The notes: generated by a model from the letters alone, not told the origin. A stretch of 64,000 bases of DNA from Candidatus Thorarchaeota archaeon (GCA_046482545.1 JAWOEX010000028.1:1-64000), one strand, 5' to 3'; shown: positions 19,070-29,765, numbered from the stretch's first letter. Numbers and translations are program-made.

Positions 19070-20827
19070 TTAGGCACCTCCTGCAATGACATCTACCATC
19101 TCATCCACTGTGAGGAGTAAATCCTTGATACCATATGGTTTCAGCTTTTCTGCAAGTTGCGTAATCTGTGGTGCTTTGATGTCTGCTTGTTCCATGATAT
19201 CTTGCATCCCGAAAATCTCTCTGGTGGGTCCGTCAGCCACTTTGTTGCCATCAGCCAAGACGATTGTTCTGGGGGCGTATCTAGCGATGAGTTCCATGTC
19301 ATGAGAAATCATTAGTATAGTCTTCCCTTCTTTCTGCATATCAGTGGCAATCTCACAAATCCTGTGACGTCCTCGATAGTCTTGAGCAGTGGTAGGCTCG
19401 TCTAGAATAAGTATGGCCGGATCCATAGCTACACCAGCGGCAGCTGCAAGTTGTCTTCTATCTCCGAAACTAAGTCGAAATGGGAAGGTATCTCGTTCTT
19501 CCTCAAGATCGGCTCGTTTCAAAGCTGCATCAACTCGCTTCTTGATTTCGTCCTCGGGTAGCCCCAAGTTCTCCAAGCCAAACTCGATCTCTTTTTCAGC
19601 ACTGATGCTGAAAAGCTGGAAATCAGGATTCTGAAGAATAAGTTGGATTGTCCTTGCCAACTCTCCTGTGGTCATCTTACTGACATCATGCCCAAGTGCT
19701 TCAACGCTCCCTTCAGTTGCGTCAAGCAAGCCAATGAAGTGCTTCACTAAAGTAGTCTTCCCTGAACCGTTTTGACCGATAATAGCAACAATCTCAGTTT
19801 TCTTTATGTCAATGTCAACTCCTTTGAGTGCAGTAACAGGTTTTCGTCCTTCGTAGACATGTACAAGGTCTGAGGTTTTCAGCACTGTTTCCTCGACTGG
19901 TTTCTGATACATCGGCGGCTGCTCCCAGTCAATTTCAATGAAACCACTCTCCAGTAAATCGATGAGTAAATCAGAGGCTTCCTCCAGCGTAATTGGGATG
20001 CCGCCTCTTTGTTCATATTTCTCCTTGAAGCCAGGAATTTTTTCGGCCAGTCGCTTGCACAAAATGGTTACCTGAGGGGGATTGACTCCAACTGAGCTAA
20101 GTTCATCAACCTTTGAAAAGACCTCTCGCGGTGGCCCAATAGTTAACACTTCGCTCTTGTTAAGGACAAGTATTCTGTCAGCAAACTCAGCCACTCTTTC
20201 CGTCTTGTGACTGGTAATAAGAATCGACAGATCTTCTTCCTTGGTCAGTTTATTCAAGGTGTCCAGAACCTCACCAGTTCCTACCGGATCCAGTTGACTC
20301 GTAGGCTCATCCAAGACAAGCAGGTCAGGTAACATCGTCAAACCTGCCCCGAAAACAACTCGCTGTTTCTGACCGCCACTGAGATCAGATGGTCTTCTGT
20401 CATGTAGCCCTTCCAGTCCGCAGACTTTCGTTGCAAAATCTATTCTTTCCAAGATTTCCTCCTTGGGCACCGCAAGATTCGCAGGGCCAAATGCCAATTC
20501 TGATCTGACATCGTTTGTCACGAACTGGCTCTCAGGGTCCTGGAGAACCATGCTAACGTGCCGCGCAAGCTCTATAATCGGTGTATCCCACGGATCGAGA
20601 CCAGCGACAGATATTCTACCCTTTTCAGTTCCCGCGTAAACCTCGGGGATGACGCCATTCAAATGAAAACAAAGGGTGGTCTTACCGGCTCCATTTGCTC
20701 CCAATACCGCCAATACTTCTCCTCGATTCATTCCAAAGGAGACTTTGTTCAGAGCGGTTGGTCCCCGTTCATATGTGAATGTTACATTATCAACATTGAC
20801 TATCTCGTTGCTTTCCATACTTACCAT
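19070..20827 (-). CDS. ECF transporter fused duplicated ATPase (A-A')
   Basis: Two ABC domains: GANGAGKTT/LSGGQKQR/DEPTSQLD and GQNGSGKTT/LSFGDRR/DEPTTAQD. Confidence 0.93.
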   Translation of the reverse strand: MVSMESNEIVNVDNVTFTYERGPTALNKVSFGMNRGEVLAVLGANGAGKTTLCFHLNGVIPEVYAGTEKGRISVAGLDPWDTPIIELARHVSMVLQDPESQFVTNDVRSELAFGPANLAVPKEEILERIDFATKVCGLEGLHDRRPSDLSGGQKQRVVFGAGLTMLPDLLVLDEPTSQLDPVGTGEVLDTLNKLTKEEDLSILITSHKTERVAEFADRILVLNKSEVLTIGPPREVFSKVDELSSVGVNPPQVTILCKRLAEKIPGFKEKYEQRGGIPITLEEASDLLIDLLESGFIEIDWEQPPMYQKPVEETVLKTSDLVHVYEGRKPVTALKGVDIDIKKTEIVAIIGQNGSGKTTLVKHFIGLLDATEGSVEALGHDVSKMTTGELARTIQLILQNPDFQLFSISAEKEIEFGLENLGLPEDEIKKRVDAALKRADLEEERDTFPFRLSFGDRRQLAAAAGVAMDPAILILDEPTTAQDYRGRHRICEIATDMQKEGKTILMISHDMELIARYAPRTIVLADGNKVADGPTREIFGMQDIMEQADIKAPQITQLAEKLKPYGIKDLLLTVDEMVDVIAGGA

Positions 20828-20937
20828 CTATCCGTACTGCTCACTTGCTTCCAAAAAACCGGCTCAATAAAACTGCGAAATAAAGTAAGGAGACACCGGC
20901 TCATAGAGCCGATGTCCGTCTATAGTCAATATATTTC

Positions 20938-21738
20938 TTACCAAATAGCTCTTGGTATTCTTGGCAACCCGCTGCGCTCTAGGGCTTCTATCACAGGAAT
21001 AGCGATGAAAGTCGTGATAGCGGCCATAGTTGGTACCCACCATGTGTAGGAAATATGCACAACGATACCGAAGTCCACAGCATATTCAAGAATAAGCCAA
21101 TATACAGTACCCCATGGCAAGTACCATGCCATCAGGCCTATCATTATGGCAAAAAATACGGATATGTATCTCTTCGGTCTGTCGTCTCCTCGTGCCCATT
21201 CGGGTATATACTTAGTACCTGTCGGTAGTAGGATCAGAACAAACCACGGAAGCCAGTAGTAGGCACCCAATATGGCAACCAAGGGCTTCCAAGGCTGACC
21301 TGCAATTCCGGGCCATATATACGGAAAGACAGTAGCAAAGATGGCAACGACAATCCAGATTATTATCGCCAATACCCAGTACTCCCTCTCATCTCCATTG
21401 ATTGCAAATGCCGTAAAGAATGCAGGGAATATGCCTGTAAGCAATACATCAAGAGGGCCAAGTGGGAATGTGGCGGGGCTCAGAAACATACCAACAAAGC
21501 CGCCTATTACAGCAGCTAGAATTCCACCGATGGGTCCAAGAATCAATGGTCCGATTGCCGAAAACACGACTGACAGTGGCACAAATCCACCACCGCCAAC
21601 GTATGGGAAAATCGGAACCAGAGCTAGTGCACCTTGAACAGCGCCATAAACGGCGATGAAAGCGATGCTAGCTCCTCCATAACCCATGGGAGCTCTTTCT
21701 CTAACGCGTTCTTCTTCTGCCAGTTTTATCTCCTCCAA
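20938..21738 (-). CDS. Putative ECF substrate-specific S component
   Basis: Highly hydrophobic, with LILGPIGG and AxxxA-like packing; first gene of the S-AA'-T operon. Confidence 0.75.
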   Translation of the reverse strand: MEEIKLAEEERVRERAPMGYGGASIAFIAVYGAVQGALALVPIFPYVGGGGFVPLSVVFSAIGPLILGPIGGILAAVIGGFVGMFLSPATFPLGPLDVLLTGIFPAFFTAFAINGDEREYWVLAIIIWIVVAIFATVFPYIWPGIAGQPWKPLVAILGAYYWLPWFVLILLPTGTKYIPEWARGDDRPKRYISVFFAIMIGLMAWYLPWGTVYWLILEYAVDFGIVVHISYTWWVPTMAAITTFIAIPVIEALERSGLPRIPRAIW

Positions 21739-21949
21739 TTAGGTTTATTCAACCCAATCGTTTTAGTATATTAGAAGGAGTCACCACGGTATATAAGATT
21801 CGGGGTTGCTCGAATAAAGGTTATAGAGAATTGACATATGCCAATTAGAATGCTTATGACTATTGAAAACCTTCAATTCACGCCGTTTAGAATAGCGATT
21901 TCAAAATACCTATGTATGACTTCAATTTAATTCAGTATCAGGGAGTAGA

Positions 21950-22954
21950 ATGACTTTGGTAAATTTCGAGAAAATACGAGATGCGATGGAACAAATACAC
22001 GGAATTGCCAATCATACACCGATCATGACATCATCCAGTATCGACAATATAGCTGATTGCAGCCTTTTCTTCAAATGCGAGAACTTCCAGAAAGGGGGAG
22101 CTTTCAAGTTCAGGGGCGCATACAACAGCATCAGTCGGTTATCCGAAGACGAAAAGGAGAATGGAGTGATTGCTCACTCATCTGGAAATCATGCTCAGGC
22201 AGTTGCCCTTGCTTCCCAAATCCTAGGAATCGATGCCACAATCGTGATGCCAAGTAACTCAACCAAGGTGAAACAGAAAGCCACCAAAGGTTATGGGGCA
22301 AGAGTTGTGATGTGTGAACCGACTCTTGAGAGCAGGGAGAGTACGACGAATGCAATCATTTCTGAAGAAGGTCAAACGCTGATTCATCCGTACAATAACC
22401 CAAAGGTCATTGCTGGTGCAGGAACAGCAGCTCTCGAGCTGCTTCAAGAAAGGAGAGGAATCGATTGTGTGCTTGCCCCAGTAGGTGGAGGCGGACTGAT
22501 CAGTGGAACTTCACTTGCGGCGAAAGGCATGAATTCCGAAATCCAAGTGATAGGTGTTGAACCAGCCAATGCGGATGATGCGCATAAATCATTCACGACG
22601 GGGAAGTTCCATCCTAGCGCGAACCCTCATACAATCGCAGACGGATTGCTCACTTCACTTGGCGAACTCACCTTTGAGATCATATCTGGGAATGTGGATG
22701 AGATACTCTTGGTAGATGATATGGACATAGTCAAAGCCATGCGCCTTCTCTGGGAGCGGATGAAGATTGTGGTTGAACCCTCAGCGGCGGTACCCCTAGC
22801 AGGGGTCATGGCAAACAAGGAGATTTTCGAAGAGAAGCGAGTAGGGATTATCATTAGTGGTGGCAATGTAGATGTGGGTTCATTCTTTGAACAACTTGAA
22901 GAAGAAGCAGCAAAGAATGATGCAAAGCAAGACTCCCGTCACACACCCGAATAG
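21950..22954 (+). CDS. Fold-type II PLP Ser/Thr dehydratase or serine racemase-like enzyme (no ACT domain)
   Basis: FKCENFQKGGAFKFRGA, SSGNHAQ, GGGGL, VEPS, SGGNVD. Confidence 0.92.
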   Translation: MTLVNFEKIRDAMEQIHGIANHTPIMTSSSIDNIADCSLFFKCENFQKGGAFKFRGAYNSISRLSEDEKENGVIAHSSGNHAQAVALASQILGIDATIVMPSNSTKVKQKATKGYGARVVMCEPTLESRESTTNAIISEEGQTLIHPYNNPKVIAGAGTAALELLQERRGIDCVLAPVGGGGLISGTSLAAKGMNSEIQVIGVEPANADDAHKSFTTGKFHPSANPHTIADGLLTSLGELTFEIISGNVDEILLVDDMDIVKAMRLLWERMKIVVEPSAAVPLAGVMANKEIFEEKRVGIIISGGNVDVGSFFEQLEEEAAKNDAKQDSRHTPE

Positions 22955-23102
22955 GGGTTCCATCGTGTCTTCCCTTGTTGCACGACTTGAATATGTTACA
23001 TTCGGTTTACTCTCCGTGCAATAGTTGTACGCTAAATCGTACTAACAGCAGATCCAAAACCCAAATAGATTTCCAGCCTCTACAAACGAGGTTGAAGAGC
23101 TA

Positions 23103-24197
23103 GTGACCCGGTGGATTATGCATGTTGACATGGATGCATTCTTCGCATCTGTAGAACAATATAGAATCAATCCAGCTCTCATTGGTAAACCTGTATGCGT
23201 TGGACCAAATCCCACGCAGGGCCTTTCACGAGGGGTAGTCAGAACTGCGTCGTATGAGGCTCGCAAACATGGCGTCACATCAGGGATGCCGGTCTCGAAA
23301 GCCTACTCCCTTTGCCCAGAAGCAACGTTCGTCAGCAGTTCCTTTCAATACTACAAGGATGCCTCTGCGGATTTCATGAAGGTATTGCTTTCATATGCCG
23401 ATGATAACTCGTTGAAAAAAGCCAGCATAGACGAAGCATATGTAGATGTATCGGACATGTGTAGCACTAGGAATGAAGCGTTCAATATCGCGAAATCTGT
23501 CCAAGATGCAATCAAGCGTTCTACGCGTTTGCCTTGCTCAATTGGGATCGGGGCAAATATGTCGGTGGCCAAAATCGCTACGGGAATGAACAAGCCAATG
23601 GGTATCACAGTCGCTCCTCAGAATTCTGATAGACTTAGGAAGTTCTTGGCCCCCCTCGATGTGGAAGCAATCAGTGGAATAGGTTCGAAAACAGCCGAAA
23701 AACTTCACGCGTATGAACTGTACAAGCTCCAACAGATACAAGAGCTTACCATTCCCCAACTTGTTCCTATCATGGGTAATTCTGCAGAGTGGCTGCATGA
23801 GCGAGCTTGTGGTATCGATAATCGACCGATTCGAACAAACCACAATAGAAGCTCATTTAGTAAAGAAACCACATTCGGTGAGGATGTATCACCCAATGAC
23901 CTAGGCATGGTATACAAGACGCTTACGAGACTGTGCAAATCGCTTTGGACCAAGTTGACTGAGAGAAGCATGGCATATCAAACAGTCTCTCTCAGATTAC
24001 GCTATTCAGACTTTACTACGATACTAAGAAGTAAGTCGTTGCCAACCCCTACAGACTCTCCTGACATCATGGAAAAAACGGCAGTCAGCCTCTATCAAGA
24101 AAACAAATCTGACAATCGTCACATTCGCCTTCTCGGTGTCAAGCTCTCTAATCTCCGCGATATTGAATCCCAGATGAAGCTGACACAGTTTGTGTAG
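23103..24197 (+). CDS. dinB: Y-family DNA polymerase IV
   Basis: HVDMDAFFASVE, SYEARKHGV, SIDEAYVD, AKIA...KP and a little-finger domain ending IRLLGV. Confidence 0.95.
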   Translation: MTRWIMHVDMDAFFASVEQYRINPALIGKPVCVGPNPTQGLSRGVVRTASYEARKHGVTSGMPVSKAYSLCPEATFVSSSFQYYKDASADFMKVLLSYADDNSLKKASIDEAYVDVSDMCSTRNEAFNIAKSVQDAIKRSTRLPCSIGIGANMSVAKIATGMNKPMGITVAPQNSDRLRKFLAPLDVEAISGIGSKTAEKLHAYELYKLQQIQELTIPQLVPIMGNSAEWLHERACGIDNRPIRTNHNRSSFSKETTFGEDVSPNDLGMVYKTLTRLCKSLWTKLTERSMAYQTVSLRLRYSDFTTILRSKSLPTPTDSPDIMEKTAVSLYQENKSDNRHIRLLGVKLSNLRDIESQMKLTQFV

Positions 24198-24489
24198 TGG
24201 TTTCAGAGAGTATCTCTCTCAGATAGCACCAAGTACTCCCATCTTCAACACATACTCCATTGTGTTCAACAACGCACATAAGAATTGAAGAGCAACTAGG
24301 ATAATAGTAGGGATGGTAACAGTCGCCCCTGTAAAAGATTCGTTAAGTAGTCAAGGAAGGTCATCTTTGAGTGAAACAATTTCAAACTGGAACACCATTC
24401 TTAGCGGTAATATCCTTAATGTGGCAATACACCAATCATGGGAACCGTATAATCAATGGATATTATAGCACTAACAAACAAATGAAAAC

Positions 24490-25188
24490 ATGACAGTAAA
24501 AAAGGGCCAAGTTGTTGAAGCGACTCTTCTTTCAAGACCGAATCGATTTCTGGGTCTAGCAACTCTGAATGATGGTGAAGTTCAGGCATTCATTCCCAAT
24601 CCAGGTCGCATGGAGGAGCTCATGATTGAAGGAAAACCGATCTATCTCAAGCACCTTCCAAGCCCCAAGAGAAAGACCGATTATGATATGATTGCTGTCA
24701 GGCACGAAGGGATGCTCATATCCATCGACTCGCGTTTACCGAATCATTTTGTAGGTCAGCTCTTAGAAGAACACCGACTGCCATCATTCTCTGAATACTC
24801 AAGGATAAAACCAGAGCCCTCAATGTTTGACGGGCGTTTCGATTTCAAATTATATGGCGGTTCGGTTGATTCCATAATTGAGGTGAAATCGTGTACTTTG
24901 GTTCAGTCTCGAGTGGCGCTTTTTCCAGATGCGCCCACCGTACGTGGAGCGAGACACATGAGACATTTGGCAAATGCACTGACCAAAGAACTTGCAGATA
25001 GAGCCTGTGTCATTTTTGTCATTCAGCGGCCAGATGCTGGGCTTTTTGCGCCTAATGATAGGACAGATCCCGAATTCGGTGATGCCCTCAGAGAAGCACA
25101 TCAGCAAGGAGTTGAAATCATGGTCTTGCTGACCAAACTTGAAGGCTGGAAACTTGAATTTCTGCAGCAACTACAATGCAAGCTGTGA
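24490..25188 (+). CDS. sfsA: DNA/RNA nuclease SfsA
   Basis: RPNRF, NPGRMEEL, RKTDY, RFDF, IEVKSCTL, FPDAPTVRGARH, DPEF. Confidence 0.95.
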   Translation: MTVKKGQVVEATLLSRPNRFLGLATLNDGEVQAFIPNPGRMEELMIEGKPIYLKHLPSPKRKTDYDMIAVRHEGMLISIDSRLPNHFVGQLLEEHRLPSFSEYSRIKPEPSMFDGRFDFKLYGGSVDSIIEVKSCTLVQSRVALFPDAPTVRGARHMRHLANALTKELADRACVIFVIQRPDAGLFAPNDRTDPEFGDALREAHQQGVEIMVLLTKLEGWKLEFLQQLQCKL

Positions 25189-25301
25189 AATGTTTAGAGA
25201 CTCAAAAATGCAACAGGTCCGCAAAGCTGATAACAGATTACAATTATCAATACCTGTCACAGCATGGTAGAAGGTCGCAGATCAAAAAGAGGAGGATAAC
25301 C

Positions 25302-26219
25302 ATGGAGATTGAGAGCATTGTAGAAAGCATGAATGAAGACGAATTGTTTAGTCTCGCCAAAAAATTCAATATTCTTCTAACTGACAGAACTGTCAAACGC
25401 GAGTTTCTTGTTAACCAAATAAAGCAAAAACTAGCCGTATGGAAAGAGCAACATCCAAGTGCCTCTCGTGATATAGCTAACCCATCTATCAAGCTGACAG
25501 ATATCAAGAAGCAATTCGGCAGTACGGTGGCTGTAGATGGCTTGGACTTAACAGTCCGCCCAAGGGAGATTGTTGGGCTAGTTGGTCCGAATGGGGCTGG
25601 CAAAACCACAACCCTGCGGGTACTGACAGGAATCATCAAGCCAACATCTGGCAAAGTTGAGATTGCTGGAAAGAATATTCAGAAGGAGCCTCTCAAAGCG
25701 AAAAGAAGGATTGGGTACATACCGGAGAAACCTACCTGTTATCCCAGCCTTCGGGTCAAGGAATACTTTAGATTCGTAGCAAAACTTTATGGAGTGCCAT
25801 CGGTAGAAAGGATACTCCGGACCAGAAAATACGTAGAAATCTTTCATTTAGATAGACATCTGGACTCGTACGTGGGAACTCTCTCGAAGGGGAACCTTCA
25901 ACGAGTCCTAATCGTCGGGATTTTCATCAGGCCGCCTCCCTTTATCCTTGCTCTTGATGAGCCTATCTACGGGCTCGATCCGCTCGGAGCGTGGAATTTC
26001 AAGAAACAACTCAGGGAACTAAGAGATACGGGATCTGCGATACTTGTCTCAACACATATTTTGGAAGTCGCTGAAGCACTATGTGATCGATTTGTTATTT
26101 TGAATCATGGCAAGGCCGCAGGAAGAGGAACACTCGACGACCTGAGAGAACGATGTCCAGGTTGCCAGAGCCTCGAAGAGATATTCCTTGAGCTAACTGG
26201 TGGTATCCCGGCGGAGTAG
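25302..26219 (+). CDS. ABC exporter ATP-binding protein with an extra ~60-aa N-terminal helical domain
   Basis: GPNGAGKTT, LSKGNLQR, LDEP, STH. GGAGG SD upstream of ATG 25302. Confidence 0.9.
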   Translation: MEIESIVESMNEDELFSLAKKFNILLTDRTVKREFLVNQIKQKLAVWKEQHPSASRDIANPSIKLTDIKKQFGSTVAVDGLDLTVRPREIVGLVGPNGAGKTTTLRVLTGIIKPTSGKVEIAGKNIQKEPLKAKRRIGYIPEKPTCYPSLRVKEYFRFVAKLYGVPSVERILRTRKYVEIFHLDRHLDSYVGTLSKGNLQRVLIVGIFIRPPPFILALDEPIYGLDPLGAWNFKKQLRELRDTGSAILVSTHILEVAEALCDRFVILNHGKAAGRGTLDDLRERCPGCQSLEEIFLELTGGIPAE

Positions 26220-27791
26220 GTGGGAGAAATGACCATAACGCTTCTTCAGCTTGTTGCGAACGAGATTCGGATGTCGTACAATCAGATTCGAAAAACAATG
26301 TCTGAAAAGTCGGTGCTCGTTTTCTACTTGATAGTAATATCAGCAGGAATTTTCGTCTCTCATGTCATATCACTTCTTGTAGCATTCACGCCACTGACCG
26401 CAGATATTCAATTAGCCTTGGAAGACCTTCTTGGCAGGGGTCTGCTTTTCTCAGCAGCATCGTTGTTACCAATTGCATCTCTGCTATCTGGATACTTTGG
26501 AGAGGAGGCCTCCTCGTATATTCAGTCTACAGATGAGCACATTCTGATGCCCGCCCCAGTAAAAACTCATCAGATCTTCATAAGCAACTATGTTCGACGG
26601 CTCCTTAGGAAAATAGCATATGTTTGCGTTGTGGTTTTGGTTTTGATTCCTGTTATCCAAAAAAACCTAGGCGTACTTCCCGACTTAGTCACAATCCTCG
26701 TTTCTTCAATTCTCTATTTGGATAGCAATTATTTCATTCACAGTATTGCTGCTGAAATTTCTCATAGTGAGGGCAGAGCAAAGAGATTTAGTGGAATATT
26801 CCTAACAAGCATCATTCTTCTGTTACCAACAATTCCTCGTGTCACATCAAATCCCAGCTCGGTGATACTAATTCATTCTAATGCGTACATCGGAGTAATG
26901 ACAGAAACAACTGGAATTCTCTCTATTGGGCTTCCCAGCACTTTGATCTTTGCGTTTCTCTTGATGTTTTACGTAATTCTGGGCTTGATAGCTTCAGTCC
27001 TGAAGGAAAGTCCAAGAGGGGACGCATGGGGACAAACGGGAATTCAGTCGTCTGGGTTCAGTGAAGTCATAAAGGGCGAAGTTGACTTCGCTCATTCTAG
27101 GCTGGATGATCCAATCGCATGGATAATGACAAAAGACTTCTGGAGTAGATTTCGGCTTCCTCTGCAATTCTGGAAATACATCTACGCCAGTATTGGTGGT
27201 GCATTTGTAGTGTACCTCTTTATCTTCACCCCTTCTTGGCTTCCTCCAATTCAGATTCCCCAACAGTTCACGTCTGCGGCTGTGCCAGCCTTCATGCTTA
27301 TTCTTGTGCTTTTGGTTCAAGTATCATCTGTATCCTCTATACTTGGCTTCATGGATGAGAAAGATCGCGTATATCTCCTGAAAAGCAGTCCACTCAGAAC
27401 AATCGACATTGTTCTTGCCAAATATGTGCTTAGCGTTTTGGAGTCCTGCGTTTGGCTATTGCCCCAGCTGGGGCTTCTCGTCTACCTGTTTCGAGTACCT
27501 GGCTCAGCCTATCTTACCTCTGTTGCTTTTCCGTTGTTACTGATTTTCTGTGCTGTAGGAATCATGATAGGTTCCTACGTACCCGTTCTCACAAATAATC
27601 CATCCAAACCACCGATGCCTCTTGCTTTGGCTTTTCCGGTAATCGACCTTGTTCTGGGAGCAATGATTATGTCAATCATATCACAGATTGCTGACCACTG
27701 GTCAGTTCAGTTTCTTATACCCGCAACAACTGTATTATTGATTAGTTTCTTCCTGCGTCTTTCGGTCCGAGCACTAGATAACTACAAATGA
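26220..27791 (+). CDS. ABC exporter permease (two-lobed multi-TM protein)
   Basis: About 12 hydrophobic segments, EKDRVYLLKSSPL...IVLAKY motif; coupled to the ATPase gene. Confidence 0.8.
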   Translation: MGEMTITLLQLVANEIRMSYNQIRKTMSEKSVLVFYLIVISAGIFVSHVISLLVAFTPLTADIQLALEDLLGRGLLFSAASLLPIASLLSGYFGEEASSYIQSTDEHILMPAPVKTHQIFISNYVRRLLRKIAYVCVVVLVLIPVIQKNLGVLPDLVTILVSSILYLDSNYFIHSIAAEISHSEGRAKRFSGIFLTSIILLLPTIPRVTSNPSSVILIHSNAYIGVMTETTGILSIGLPSTLIFAFLLMFYVILGLIASVLKESPRGDAWGQTGIQSSGFSEVIKGEVDFAHSRLDDPIAWIMTKDFWSRFRLPLQFWKYIYASIGGAFVVYLFIFTPSWLPPIQIPQQFTSAAVPAFMLILVLLVQVSSVSSILGFMDEKDRVYLLKSSPLRTIDIVLAKYVLSVLESCVWLLPQLGLLVYLFRVPGSAYLTSVAFPLLLIFCAVGIMIGSYVPVLTNNPSKPPMPLALAFPVIDLVLGAMIMSIISQIADHWSVQFLIPATTVLLISFFLRLSVRALDNYK

Positions 27792-27992
27792 GACGAATCC
27801 CATTCCGTATCGCATAACCAGTTAGTTTTGGCCTTCAAACGGACAAGTATTAAGTAGAATTCAATATCCAACGTACACAAACAAGGGGACAACCAGCTGA
27901 AATGCATAACATATAGATAACAGCATACTAATCATAGTTATACAATGGGTATCTCCTGAAATTGCAGTTAATTCATATTAGAGGAGCTCAAA

Positions 27993-29765
27993 GTGGCAGA
28001 CAATCAGGAGCACGGAGAAAACGGATTGCTGTCTGAGTTAGGATGTCGGAACATACTCAAGATGGCGAATGACGGCATACTCGCCATCCAAGATGGTATC
28101 ATCGCCTACTCGAATACCGCCTTTTGCGAAATGTTGAGCACTTCTGCTAAGGAGATTATAGGTACGGCCTTTGAGGATTATCTTGACCCCCCAACGAGAC
28201 ACATGTATATGGAAAAAATAGAATCGTTCAATTTCGGGGAATCAAGCCGACCAAGCTTCAGAGTAAGGCTACTCGACTCAAAGCGGCATGTCGTAAATGC
28301 CGAGATGAGTACCTCTGACTTTATCCTCAACGGCAAACCTGCAATCTTAGCCATAGTCAGAGACATATCAGAACAGGTTACGTTGGAAGCATCTCTAGAA
28401 GCTTCAGAAGCCCGTTATCGAACTCTCTACGATTCTTCACCCATAGCATATTTCACACTAAGTAGAAGAGGAATAATTCAAGATGTGAATAGTGCAGCTG
28501 AAAATCTTCTAGGTTACGCTTCTTCGGATATGTTGGGACGTGATATATCATCTCTTACCACTGGCAAGGAACGCGGGCGTCGTTCTGCAAGTCAAATCGT
28601 CTCCGAGGTACTCCAAGGTAAGACTGTGAAAGACGTAGAGATGAATATGTTGCATTCCGATGGCAGCGCAATTTGGGCGAGTGTTACTGCAAGCCCTCTC
28701 AGTGTTCCTGATGAACCTTCAAGAATAGGTTTCATGGCACTGGATATCAACAGACGGAAAATGGCAGAACTCAAAGAAAAGGAAGAAAGAGAAAGAGCTA
28801 ATCTGTATCTTGACGTAATTACCCACGACTTATCAAATGTCAACCAGACTCTTCTGTTTACAATCGGCCTTATTGAACAGAGCTTGGATATTCCACCAGA
28901 GATTCAGCAACTCATACGAGAATCAAATTGGAATATCGACAGAGCAACACGGATGATCACCAATCTCAGAACTATATGGGAGCTTCAGAAACATCCACCT
29001 CAAGTCGAGAAGAATGATCCTGTAGAATGTATACATCGCGCGCTGCAATCTGTGAGAGAAACATTCAGATGGAAGCAAATAGATGTGACTTTCGAAATTG
29101 GAGAAGGTGAGTTCGAGATTGTTGGTAACAGGTTCCTTCCTAATGTCTTTCTTAACGTCCTCACTAATTCAGTGCTGTTCACAGAGGGAGATCAAGTCGA
29201 AATTAGGATCCAAGGGACCCGAGAGGGGGATATGGTCAAAATCAAGGTCATAGATTTCGGAAAAGGAATACCTGATGCAATGAAGGAGAGCATATTCAAG
29301 CGTAACAGCTCGGAACAGCAGATGGTGGGCCGAGGGCTCGGGCTCACGCTAGCGCGCATGGTCATCAAAGAACTTGGTGGTAGTGTTTGGGCTGAAGATA
29401 GGGTTCCTGGCGACCATACAAAAGGCGCATCCATTGCGATGACCTTACCCCAATGGGTTGAAGACGCAGAACTCCCATGCGGACGTAGTAAATGCATTGC
29501 CTTCTACGAGTCAAATCATTGTCTCTTCTGTGAACCAACAAAAGAGAGTCTTTTTGGTCTTCTAAGAGAGACGGGAATCCCAGATAGATTCGTAGAGGTT
29601 GTGAATGTGGATGATCCAAACGTTGTCATCGATGAAGACGAACTGCCTATGCTGCCTATGATTCGTATTTGCGAGGAAGAACTAACAGGTTTTGTCGGGG
29701 AGGACAGAATAAGAACGAGTCTCATGCGGCTTTTGACGAAGGAGTGCTATCCCGGAGCACTCTAA
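27993..29765 (+). CDS. PAS-PAS sensor histidine kinase with a C-terminal thioredoxin-like CxxC domain
   Basis: Two PAS/PAC domains, H-box ITHDLSN, N-box NVLTNS, DFGKGI, GRGLGL; C-terminal FYESNHCLFC...VNVD...LPMI. Confidence 0.9.
   Translation: MADNQEHGENGLLSELGCRNILKMANDGILAIQDGIIAYSNTAFCEMLSTSAKEIIGTAFEDYLDPPTRHMYMEKIESFNFGESSRPSFRVRLLDSKRHVVNAEMSTSDFILNGKPAILAIVRDISEQVTLEASLEASEARYRTLYDSSPIAYFTLSRRGIIQDVNSAAENLLGYASSDMLGRDISSLTTGKERGRRSASQIVSEVLQGKTVKDVEMNMLHSDGSAIWASVTASPLSVPDEPSRIGFMALDINRRKMAELKEKEERERANLYLDVITHDLSNVNQTLLFTIGLIEQSLDIPPEIQQLIRESNWNIDRATRMITNLRTIWELQKHPPQVEKNDPVECIHRALQSVRETFRWKQIDVTFEIGEGEFEIVGNRFLPNVFLNVLTNSVLFTEGDQVEIRIQGTREGDMVKIKVIDFGKGIPDAMKESIFKRNSSEQQMVGRGLGLTLARMVIKELGGSVWAEDRVPGDHTKGASIAMTLPQWVEDAELPCGRSKCIAFYESNHCLFCEPTKESLFGLLRETGIPDRFVEVVNVDDPNVVIDEDELPMLPMIRICEEELTGFVGEDRIRTSLMRLLTKECYPGAL

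Noticed and set aside
24219-24398. Minus-strand frame MVFQFEIVSLKDDLP-TGA-LLNESF... as a possible selenoprotein
   Set aside because: The TGA is not in a redox or Cys-like context and no SECIS is evident; more likely intergenic or decayed sequence.
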